Source of the DNA: a virus
IMG/VR virus record: IMGVR_UViG_3300046559_000446
Location: 1 to 64,000 of that record
Reading direction: 5' to 3' (one strand)
DNA length: 64,000 bases
Made by a program: the position numbers and the translations under genes. A model generated the notes under the pieces. It was not told the origin of the DNA. It searched no databases and saw only the letters and a program-made list of their open reading frames with translations. This document shows positions 43,098 to 51,931 of this stretch, one piece after another. Within the stretch, counting starts at the first letter, position 1, and each line of letters opens with the position of its first letter.

Positions 43098-45346
43098 TGG
43101 CAAACGTCCAGATCACGGGACTTCCCGCCACCCTCGCGCTTTCCGGCAATGAGACGGTGGAGATTGTGCAGGGCGGCGTCTCGATGAGCGCCACCACCAA
43201 GCAGATGGCTGCGCTGGCCGTTCCAGGTCCGATAGGGCCGACGGGGCTGAAGGGCGACAAAGGCGACAAGGGCGACACGGGCAACACCGGCCCGCAAGGC
43301 AATCAAGGCATCCAGGGCGTACCTGGCGCCGCTGGCAACGCCGGCGGCACGGACGGCCAGATCCAGTACAACAATGCCGGCCAGTTCAACGGCATGGTGG
43401 TCAGCGGCGACGGCTCATTGACCCGCGCCAGCCTCGGCGCTTTCACGCTGACCATCACCAAAACCAACAATGTGCCGTTCGGCCCCTATGCTACGGCGAC
43501 GTCGCTTCCCCTGTTCACCAGCAGCGCCGCTGGCGCGGTCCCCGCGTCTGGCGGCGGCGCGACCAAGTTCTTGTGCGCGAACGCCACCTGGGTCGTGCCC
43601 GTGCCGGGCGCCGCCGGATCGAACGGCGACATCCAGATTAACAACGGCGGGGCGCTGGGCGCTGTGACGCCGAATGGCGCCGGCGCTCCGCTCGGCACCA
43701 CGGGCGCAGTCAACGCCGTCTTCACGGGGGCGATCACTATTTCGGGCCTGCCCAGCGCAGGATCGGCGCTATTCCTCAACAAAGCCCAGGGCAATGGCAA
43801 CAGCATAGTCGGCCAGGTGGCGGGAAGCTATCGCTGGCTCGCCCTTCTTGGCGATTCCGCAACCGAAACTGGCGGCGGCGCGGGGTCTAACTTTAGCCTG
43901 AACACCTACGGTGACGGTGGCGCTTACATTGGAACGCCGTTCGCGGTCAATCGCGTGTCTGGCTACGTGACGATCAATGGCAATGGCGCGGCTAGTCCTG
44001 GTGTGCCAACCGGGGCGTTTGGTCACGCTTCGCTCAACATCAACAAAAATGGATCCGGCAAAGTCGCCAACATTATCGGCTTGAACAATGGTTCGCCGCG
44101 CTGGGAGATTGACCTTGGCAGCACTGGGACAGAAAATGGCAGCAACGCCGGCTCTGATTTTTATGTGCATAGATTTAACGATGCTGGCGCCTATTTGGAC
44201 TCCCCGTTCTCCATTAACCGCGCCAGTGGCGCTGTCACCTATTCGCAGCCAGTCAACTCGCCACTTGGGTTTACCGTTGGCTTAGGCACGGCGGTTCATG
44301 GTGATTCGATAGAAGTCGGCAGGCCAGGGCAAAACGCGGGGGCTTACCTCGACTTCCACTCCAGCGTGAACAACAACGATTACGACGCCCGCATCATCGC
44401 CACCGGAGGCGCGGCGGCGGTGGGCGGCGCTACGTTGGCGGTGGTCGCCGCAGCGTTTAACGTCTCTGGCAATGGATATTTTGGCGGTATTCTGAGCAGC
44501 GGCCCGATGTATATGAATGGCGCAGCTTTTAACTGGTACACGGGCGTTCAAGCAAATTATTTCTCTTTGTCTGATAGCGCAGGCAACGGCGGGCAGTATC
44601 GCGATATTAATTTCAGGGGTGTGGATAGCGCCAATACTGTTGCCGTAAACATGAACGCATTCAATGTGTATGCCAATTCAGCTAATTTCTCCAACACCAT
44701 TACTGCTGGCGGCACCATATCCGGCGGAAACCTCACGACGCCCAACACGGTGCAGGGAGGCTATGTGACCTCGACCGGAACCGTGAACGGGCTGACCGTT
44801 CAGGGAACCTACCTGTATTCGTCTGGAAATGTGGCAGGCGCTGGCACTATTGACGGCGCTCAAGGCACTGTTGGTCGACAGGGAGCAGGCGGCGCCGCTG
44901 GGCAAGCCATCTGCCTTTTCTGGGATGGCGCTCACTTGGCTAATTATGTCGGCGGGACGTTCGTCGGCTACACCCAGTATATTTCCGACTATCGCTTCAA
45001 GCGGAACGTCGCGCCGTTGCTATCGGTGTGGGATCGCGTCAAGGCGCTGAACCCGGTCAAATACAACCTCAAGGACTTTTCGCCGGAAGGCTTCAAAAGC
45101 ACATTGGAGGGCGATGACGGTCCATTAGTCGTCGGTGACACGAAAGAGCGTTGGGGTTTCCTCGCGCACGAGCTTCAAGCGGTGCTGATCGAAGACGCGG
45201 CGAGCGGCCTCAAGGATATCCCTAACCACATTCAGACGCCCAACCCGTGGACAGTGATTGCGGCGTTGACCAAGACGTTGCAAGAAGCTATGGCGCGCAT
45301 CGAGGAGCAGGACGCTCGCATCAGGATCCTGGAGGCCAGGGCATGA
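43097..45346 (+). CDS. Tail fibre/spike 1 with collagen segment and C-terminal S74 intramolecular chaperone
   Basis: GXY run, two ~65-aa NK..RW..LG..GS.F...D.P repeats, ISDYRFKRNV...GFLAHELQ. Confidence 0.88.
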   Translation: MANVQITGLPATLALSGNETVEIVQGGVSMSATTKQMAALAVPGPIGPTGLKGDKGDKGDTGNTGPQGNQGIQGVPGAAGNAGGTDGQIQYNNAGQFNGMVVSGDGSLTRASLGAFTLTITKTNNVPFGPYATATSLPLFTSSAAGAVPASGGGATKFLCANATWVVPVPGAAGSNGDIQINNGGALGAVTPNGAGAPLGTTGAVNAVFTGAITISGLPSAGSALFLNKAQGNGNSIVGQVAGSYRWLALLGDSATETGGGAGSNFSLNTYGDGGAYIGTPFAVNRVSGYVTINGNGAASPGVPTGAFGHASLNINKNGSGKVANIIGLNNGSPRWEIDLGSTGTENGSNAGSDFYVHRFNDAGAYLDSPFSINRASGAVTYSQPVNSPLGFTVGLGTAVHGDSIEVGRPGQNAGAYLDFHSSVNNNDYDARIIATGGAAAVGGATLAVVAAAFNVSGNGYFGGILSSGPMYMNGAAFNWYTGVQANYFSLSDSAGNGGQYRDINFRGVDSANTVAVNMNAFNVYANSANFSNTITAGGTISGGNLTTPNTVQGGYVTSTGTVNGLTVQGTYLYSSGNVAGAGTIDGAQGTVGRQGAGGAAGQAICLFWDGAHLANYVGGTFVGYTQYISDYRFKRNVAPLLSVWDRVKALNPVKYNLKDFSPEGFKSTLEGDDGPLVVGDTKERWGFLAHELQAVLIEDAASGLKDIPNHIQTPNPWTVIAALTKTLQEAMARIEEQDARIRILEARA

Positions 45347-46050
45347 GCGCCGCAGACATTCTCAACCTTCCCGTCGCCATTGGTCTTTCGGGCGAGGAGT
45401 ACATCGAGGTCGTCCAGGGCGGAACGCTCCATCGCGCCACGGTCAAGCATTTCAGCAAGCGGCTGCTGGAAGGATCGATTCCCAATGGCGTCCTCGCGCT
45501 GGATGGCCGCGAGGGGCCGCCGGGAGGCGCGGGTCCGCCTGGCCCGCCAGGGCCTGATGGTCCGCCTGGCCCGCCGGGGCCACGGGGAGGGCAGGGTGAG
45601 CCTGGTCCGTTCGGGCCGACCTTCACGCCGGCGTCTGGCGCGGTCATCCGCTCGTGGTCCGTCTATGACAGCAACCAGCATGTGATCAAAGAACGCTACA
45701 TGCTGGGCGGTGATTTTCAGAAGAAGAATTTCTACCCGCAACTGATGCTCGCGCCCGCCGTGTCGGCGCTCGGCAATCGGCTGCGGCTGCGGGCCAAGAT
45801 CTGGTGCGTGGGCACGGACAGCGATTGCGCGATCAATGGCGGCATGTTTCTGAACGGCGAGAAGGCGGTGAGCGTCGCGCATGCTCTTGCCGACGCGCCG
45901 CTGCTGTTCGACTGTGAGATCACTCCGACCGTTCTGACGGCGCAGATGTTCTCCTTTTGTGTTGGCGCGGCTCTTGCCAACGCTGATTGCATCATCAACA
46001 TGCCTCGGCTGGTTCAGAGTTGCCTCGTCATCGAGGAGATCCAAGCGTGA
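45343..46050 (+). CDS. Short collagen-like fibre protein
   Basis: Same N-terminal anchor as fibres 1 and 3; about 12 GXY triplets. Confidence 0.75.
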   Translation: MSAADILNLPVAIGLSGEEYIEVVQGGTLHRATVKHFSKRLLEGSIPNGVLALDGREGPPGGAGPPGPPGPDGPPGPPGPRGGQGEPGPFGPTFTPASGAVIRSWSVYDSNQHVIKERYMLGGDFQKKNFYPQLMLAPAVSALGNRLRLRAKIWCVGTDSDCAINGGMFLNGEKAVSVAHALADAPLLFDCEITPTVLTAQMFSFCVGAALANADCIINMPRLVQSCLVIEEIQA

Positions 46051-49000
46051 GTAATGTCCAGATCCCGAACTTGCCTGCCGCCGGCGCTTTGATTGGCACG
46101 GAGCAAATGGAGCTTGTGCAGGCCGGCGTCTCGGTGCGCGCCACGGTGTCGCAGCTTATTGAAGACGCTCACGTTCCGTTGCCAGCTACCAACCTGCCGC
46201 TGATGAACGGCGGCGCGTCGGTGGGCGCCGAGCAGACCTACTCGCGCGGTGATCACATCCATCCGACCGACACCACGCGCTATGCCGTATCGAATCCGGC
46301 GGGTTACCAGACGGCGGCGCAAGTCACGGCTGCGCTGGGGCCTTACGCTCTGATTGACAGCCAGGCGTTTACTGGAACGCCTTCGATGCCGACTGGCGCT
46401 ACGGGCGTTACGCAGACGGCGGCTGATAGCTCGACCAAACTGGCGACCACGGCTTTCGTCAAGGCCCAGGGCTACGCGCCGACGGCGTCCCTGGGAACGA
46501 TGTCCACTCAGAACGCCAACGCGGTGGCGATCACCGGCGGCGCTATCAATGGGACGACCGTCGGAGCCACCACGCCCAGCACCGGCGCATTCACCAATCT
46601 GTCGGCGTCAGGTACGGTTTCCGGCGCCGGCTTTACTGCGTTGCTGGCTCCTTATGCGACGACGGCGTCCCTGGGGACGATGTCCACCCAGAACGCCAAT
46701 GCAGTGGCGATCACCGGCGGCGCAATCAACAGCACGACCGTCGGCGCGACCACGGCGAGCACGGGCGCTTTCACCACACTGAGCGCCTCTGGCGTGGTGT
46801 CGGGTGCTGGATTCACCACGCTGCTGAACCCCTATGCTTTGGTCAATTCACAGGTGTTTACTGGAACGCCGTCGCTGCCGACCGGCACGATTGGCGTGAC
46901 GCAGGCGGCGCTCAATAATTCGACCAAACTCGCCACCACGGCTTATGTCGATGGCGCGATCACGGTGTTGGGCCTCGGCACGATGGCCGCGCAGAACGCC
47001 AACGCGGTCGCGATCACGGGCGGCGCCATCAACAACACGGCGATTGGCGCGACGACGCGCAGCAGCGGCGCTTTCACCACGCTGGCGGCCAATGGCGCGG
47101 CGACCTTCACATCCTCGCTGACGGCTTCGCCGGCCAGCGCCAATGTCGTTCTTTCGCCAACCGGCACTGGCACGGTTACGATCAATCCGGCCACGCTCGG
47201 CCACGTCGACAATACGGCGATCGGCGCGACGACGGCGAGCACCGGCGCGTTCACCACGCTGGTCGCGACGTCGATCAACAGCACTCCCATTGGCGCGACG
47301 ACACCCAGCACCGGCGCTTTCACCACTTTGAGCGCCACCGGCACGGCGACCTTCACAGGCGCGCTGACGGCATCGCCTGCGAACTTGTCGGTCACGTTCT
47401 CGCCCACCGGCACTGGCACGGTCACCATCAATCCGGCGACGCTTGGCACGATCAACAATATGACGATCGGCGCCACCACGGCGGCGGCTGGCACTTTCAC
47501 CAATCTGACCGCGACCGGTACGGTGGGCGGCGCTGGTTTCACCACGCTGTTGACGCCTTACGCGCTGGTCAATTCGCAAGTCTTCACCGGGACGCCGTCG
47601 CTGCCGACCGGCACCATTGGCGTGACGCAGGCAGCGGCCACCAATAACACGACGCTGGCCACCACGGCCTATGTGAAGTCGCAGAACTATCTGACCGCCA
47701 ACCAGAGCATTGCGCTTACCGGCGACGTCACGGGTTCTGGGACCACATCGATCGCCTCGACGGTCGTCCAGCTTCAGGGCCGTCCGCTGTCGGCTTCTCT
47801 GCCCGCCAGCGGCAATCTGATGGGCTGGAACGGCACGACATGGGGGCCGGTTGCGGCTGGCGCGGCTGCGGCTGGCGGCACCGCCAATCAGATCCAGTAT
47901 AACAACGGCGGCGTCCTCGGCGGCCTCCCCACCACCGGCACTTTTGCTAGCAGCAATGTGGTGATGAGCATCGCGCCGACGCTCACCAATTCGCTCAATA
48001 TCACGGGCGCGGCGTCGAACGATTCCACGCTCGTGATGAACAAGTCGGCGTCCTTGCAGCAATGCCGGATTAATGCGCAGATGGGCGGCGTCTCTCGCTG
48101 GCAGATGATGCTTGGCGATACGACGGCGGAAGGCGGCAGCAACGCCGGTTCCGATTTTACCCTGTCCCGCTTTACCGATGCAGGCGGCGCGCTCGACAGC
48201 CCGCTCAAAATCATTCGCTCGACCGGCGTTGCGACTTTCACGCAGGCGTTGTTTTCAGCCAACCACACAATCACAGGCGCAGCGGGCAACAACGCCGCTG
48301 TGATCGTAAACAAGGCTGCGGCTGGGTTTTACAGCGGCATCGACGGACAGACTGCTGGGTCAAGGCGCTGGCTGATGATGCTCGGCAACGCCACGGCGGA
48401 AGGCGGTAGCAACGCCGGTTCAGATTTTATGATCAACCGGTATACTGATGCGGCTGGTTTTATTGACACGCCTTTGACGATCACGCGCTCAAGCGGCGAC
48501 GCCACATTTTCTGCTGGTCTTTACGTTCTCAATTCAGCAGTCACCGCCAAACAGATTGTGATCAATGGCGCGGCGCTCGGCAGCGTCGCGGGCAACATTC
48601 AAACTGTTTTTGGGGCAGGATCGACCACCACCAATGGAGAGCAACTGCGCATTGAGGTACAGCGCAAGTCGGCAGGCTCCGACTGGACGACTGCCGCTTG
48701 GCAGACTTATCGCATCGTCGATGGCTCTAAGATGGGTTACGTCGAATATGGCAGTCAGTCTGTCAAGCCGATAGCTTTCGGCACCGGCACAACCGAGCTT
48801 GCGTCGATCAGCAACACGGGCGTTTTCACAGCCGCGTCAACGCTTGTAGGCACAGGCGCTGTGTTAAATGCTCCAGCCGCCACCGATTCCGTGCTGTGGC
48901 TAAACAAACCGGCGTCTGGTCGAGCCAGCGCAGTTTATGGGCAGATGGCTGCAAGCAATCGCTGGGCGATGTCGCTTGGCGACACGGCGACTGAAAGCGG

Positions 49001-50339
49001 CAGCAATGTCGGGTGCAACTATGTGTTGTCCACCTTCACTGACGCTGGAGCTTTTTTAGGCAATCCGCTCACCGTCTTTCGTGCCAGCGGCTATATGTAT
49101 TTTAACGGCAACGGCGCGACGGCCATCCCGCAAAGCTATGAGACTGCGCCTTACGGCCACATGGCGCTGCGGATGAACAAGTCTGGGTCCACCAAGACGA
49201 ATGTCATATCCGGCCACCTTAATGGCGTAGTTCGATGGACCTTTGAGCTTGGTAATACGACTGCTGAAACCGGCACCGGAAATACGGGGTCTGATTTTTC
49301 GATTGGCCGCTACAGCGATGCTGGCGTTGGCCTTGACGCTCCTCTATCTATTGCTCGTTCAACCGGCTTTGCCACTTTCACAAAAACCTTAACCGTACAA
49401 AGTTTCGACAACTTAGGTCAGATTCGTCTCGTTGGTGGAAATTACGGCGCTGGCATACGCAATGATGGCGCAAGCTGTTACCTCTTGCAGACTGCGGTGA
49501 GCGATCAGTATGGGGCATTCAACAGCGCGCGTCCGTTTTCTTGGAACTTGTCCAACGGCACTGTGCAGATCGACGGCGGCGCTGCTGGAACTACATTTGG
49601 CGGCCCCATAACTACAACAGGTCAAATATTCACTAGCGGCGGCATAATAGGCGCCGGTATTTACGCTTCTGGCGGTCAGATGACCGTACAATCTAGCGGC
49701 GCGCCCGGCTTCATCAACCAGTGCGACAGTTCGGGCAACGGTGGGCAGTTCAGAAATTTAACGATACGCGGGCTTGATTCCGCCTATTCGGCACAAGTCA
49801 ATCTGAGCGCGATCACTGCTGCTTCTGCTCTTTTTACGTGCAACGGGGTAATAGACGCCATAAATGGTTTTCGGTGCCGCCTTGGCGCTCCTGGTGGCGC
49901 GCTGGGATCGAACGTGTTCAGCTATTATTGGAACACCGACAACCATCTCTACGGCTCCGTGGACTCCACCAATCTGGGCTGGATCGCGTGGTCTTCCGAT
50001 TATCGCATCAAGCGGGACATTGCGCCGCTGCCGTCGATGTGGGAACAAGTCAAGGCGCTGAAGCCAATCAGTTATTTTCATAAGGATTGGACGCCTGAAT
50101 GGGCGGCGTCGAAAGAAAACGGCGATGCGCCCGATCCACTGTTCAGGGACGACGGCGTAGAGAACTGGGGCTTCGTCGCGCACGAGCTTCAAGAGACGCT
50201 AATCCAGAGCGCGGCGACCGGCGTCAAAGATGAAGCCGGTCTGGTGCAGGCGCCCAACCCGTGGACGGTGATCGCAACGCTGACCAAGGCGCTGCAAGAG
50301 GCAATGGCGCGCATCGAGGCGCTGGAGGCAAGAGCATGA
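46047..50339 (+). CDS. Long tail fibre with shaft repeats and C-terminal S74 chaperone
   Basis: GTG start after GAGGAG; FTGTP...TQ...TKLATTA and TQNANAVAITGG repeats; four 65-aa modules; SSDYRIKRDI. Confidence 0.9.
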   Translation: MSNVQIPNLPAAGALIGTEQMELVQAGVSVRATVSQLIEDAHVPLPATNLPLMNGGASVGAEQTYSRGDHIHPTDTTRYAVSNPAGYQTAAQVTAALGPYALIDSQAFTGTPSMPTGATGVTQTAADSSTKLATTAFVKAQGYAPTASLGTMSTQNANAVAITGGAINGTTVGATTPSTGAFTNLSASGTVSGAGFTALLAPYATTASLGTMSTQNANAVAITGGAINSTTVGATTASTGAFTTLSASGVVSGAGFTTLLNPYALVNSQVFTGTPSLPTGTIGVTQAALNNSTKLATTAYVDGAITVLGLGTMAAQNANAVAITGGAINNTAIGATTRSSGAFTTLAANGAATFTSSLTASPASANVVLSPTGTGTVTINPATLGHVDNTAIGATTASTGAFTTLVATSINSTPIGATTPSTGAFTTLSATGTATFTGALTASPANLSVTFSPTGTGTVTINPATLGTINNMTIGATTAAAGTFTNLTATGTVGGAGFTTLLTPYALVNSQVFTGTPSLPTGTIGVTQAAATNNTTLATTAYVKSQNYLTANQSIALTGDVTGSGTTSIASTVVQLQGRPLSASLPASGNLMGWNGTTWGPVAAGAAAAGGTANQIQYNNGGVLGGLPTTGTFASSNVVMSIAPTLTNSLNITGAASNDSTLVMNKSASLQQCRINAQMGGVSRWQMMLGDTTAEGGSNAGSDFTLSRFTDAGGALDSPLKIIRSTGVATFTQALFSANHTITGAAGNNAAVIVNKAAAGFYSGIDGQTAGSRRWLMMLGNATAEGGSNAGSDFMINRYTDAAGFIDTPLTITRSSGDATFSAGLYVLNSAVTAKQIVINGAALGSVAGNIQTVFGAGSTTTNGEQLRIEVQRKSAGSDWTTAAWQTYRIVDGSKMGYVEYGSQSVKPIAFGTGTTELASISNTGVFTAASTLVGTGAVLNAPAATDSVLWLNKPASGRASAVYGQMAASNRWAMSLGDTATESGSNVGCNYVLSTFTDAGAFLGNPLTVFRASGYMYFNGNGATAIPQSYETAPYGHMALRMNKSGSTKTNVISGHLNGVVRWTFELGNTTAETGTGNTGSDFSIGRYSDAGVGLDAPLSIARSTGFATFTKTLTVQSFDNLGQIRLVGGNYGAGIRNDGASCYLLQTAVSDQYGAFNSARPFSWNLSNGTVQIDGGAAGTTFGGPITTTGQIFTSGGIIGAGIYASGGQMTVQSSGAPGFINQCDSSGNGGQFRNLTIRGLDSAYSAQVNLSAITAASALFTCNGVIDAINGFRCRLGAPGGALGSNVFSYYWNTDNHLYGSVDSTNLGWIAWSSDYRIKRDIAPLPSMWEQVKALKPISYFHKDWTPEWAASKENGDAPDPLFRDDGVENWGFVAHELQETLIQSAATGVKDEAGLVQAPNPWTVIATLTKALQEAMARIEALEARA

Positions 50340-50941
50340 CAATTGACAGAGAGTTTTTCTTCAACACCGTCCGCGACGAACTGTTCAGCGGCGGGATGGC
50401 GCAATCCCAGGTGGACGGCATGAACAATCTGCTCAACATTTGGGAGGCCGACTATGCCGCCGCCAATCCGCGCGACGGCAAGATGTGGCTGTCCTACGGG
50501 CTGGCGACCGTTTACCACGAGAGCGCGCAGACCATGCAGCCGATCGAGGAGTACGGCAAGGGCGAGGGCCACAGCTATGCCGACCCGGATGGTCCCTATG
50601 GCGAGTCTTATTACGGGCGCGGCCACGTTCAGTTGACGTGGTTCGAAAACTACGAGAAGGGCGAAAAGGTCTTCAAGGAAAAGTTCGATCGCAATGTCCC
50701 GATGGTCAAATATCCGCATCGCATGCTGGAGGAGGAAACCTCGGCGGTGATCCTGTTCGAAGGCATGATTGATGGCTGGTTCACCGGCGTCGGCCTGCCC
50801 GACTTCTTCAGCGCCGAAGAGGGCGAGGAAGATCCCTACAACGCCCGCAAGATCATCAACGGCCTCGACAAAGCTTCGACCATCGAGGGCTATTATTGGC
50901 AGTTCAAAGGCGCAATTCGAGATGCGGAAAGCAGTGTTTAA
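50336..50941 (+). CDS. Endolysin, GH19-like
   Basis: LATVYHES..TMQPIEEYGKG, YYGRGHVQLTW..NY, GWFTG, ARKIING.D.A. Confidence 0.85.
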   Translation: MTIDREFFFNTVRDELFSGGMAQSQVDGMNNLLNIWEADYAAANPRDGKMWLSYGLATVYHESAQTMQPIEEYGKGEGHSYADPDGPYGESYYGRGHVQLTWFENYEKGEKVFKEKFDRNVPMVKYPHRMLEEETSAVILFEGMIDGWFTGVGLPDFFSAEEGEEDPYNARKIINGLDKASTIEGYYWQFKGAIRDAESSV

Positions 50942-51146
50942 TGGATCGGTCATCGTCGCCGTCCTGACTGCCGCAGCCAACGGCTCCATCGAGTGGCCGG
51001 GGGTTCTCGTCACGCCTGAACATATCGTGCAGATCCAGAAGGTGCTGTTCGCCGCCTTGAGCGTCTGGGCGGTTGCATTGCCTTTTATCTTGAAGGCGAG
51101 CAATGCTATTGATGATGCTGCCGCTCGAAAGGAGCCGCCGCTATGA
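50922..51146 (+). CDS. Putative holin
   Basis: Two hydrophobic segments; overlaps the endolysin end. Confidence 0.55.
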   Translation: MRKAVFNGSVIVAVLTAAANGSIEWPGVLVTPEHIVQIQKVLFAALSVWAVALPFILKASNAIDDAAARKEPPL

Positions 51147-51928
51147 CGACAACCAATCCGCTCACCTATAGCGGCTACATCAGGTCCATCGCAGCCCTGG
51201 CCGTCATCCCAACAGAGATCGATGCTGCTTCAGGGCAGTACAAGTTTAGCGAACCGAACCTCGCGATCGTGACCCCGCAGATGTTGAGCTACGCGGAGTT
51301 GCGCATCCAGCGCGACCTCGACCTGGTGGCGGGCCAGACGCAATTGACCTACACCTTGACCAGCGGGGCCTCGCTGATGGTCGTCCCCAACGAAGACATG
51401 ATCATCGTGCAGGACATATCTTTGAAAGGCGTCGACAGCAAGAAAACGACCGTTCTTACGCCGACCACGAGAGAGTTTCTCATGCTCGTGTACCCCGACG
51501 CCACGGTAACAGGCGTCCCGAAATACTTCGCTCCCTATGTTGGAAATGTCGCGCCCGATTCAGCTTTGGCTGTCACCTACCGGATCGGCCCTGCGGCGGA
51601 CCAAGGCTATGAGGCCACAGTCCTTGGCTCGGCCAGGATGCAGTCGCTGGCGCAGTTCGCCGCATCCGCGCCGAACGCCAATAATGTGACCTATGTTTCG
51701 ACCTACCATCCCGATCTTTTGCTGATGGCGAGCATGGTCTTTCTCAGCGCGTATCAGCGCAATTTCAGTTCTTCTGGCTCCGATCCGCAGATGCCGATTA
51801 ATTACGAAACGCAGTACCAGACGCTGCTCAAGAGTTCGATGATGGAGGAGCTACGCAAACGGTTCCGCATGGTGCCTGGGGCGGCGGAAGCGGCGGCCCC
51901 GCCGGCGCCGCCGCCTGGGGGAGGCTGA
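51143..51928 (+). CDS. Tail tubular/adaptor protein
   Basis: YAELRIQRDLD, G.PKYFA, IGP.ADQ.Y, YHPDLLL.AS. Confidence 0.75.
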   Translation: MTTTNPLTYSGYIRSIAALAVIPTEIDAASGQYKFSEPNLAIVTPQMLSYAELRIQRDLDLVAGQTQLTYTLTSGASLMVVPNEDMIIVQDISLKGVDSKKTTVLTPTTREFLMLVYPDATVTGVPKYFAPYVGNVAPDSALAVTYRIGPAADQGYEATVLGSARMQSLAQFAASAPNANNVTYVSTYHPDLLLMASMVFLSAYQRNFSSSGSDPQMPINYETQYQTLLKSSMMEELRKRFRMVPGAAEAAAPPAPPPGGG

Positions 51929-51931
51929 TCC

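Noticed and set aside
43220-45620. Collagen GXY runs as eukaryotic sequence
   Set aside because: Short segments within phage fibre ORFs, a well-known phage feature
44980-50339. Similar fibre C-termini as DGR template and variable repeats
   Set aside because: Both are coding S74 domains, the differences are not adenine-specific, and no reverse transcriptase is present in the window
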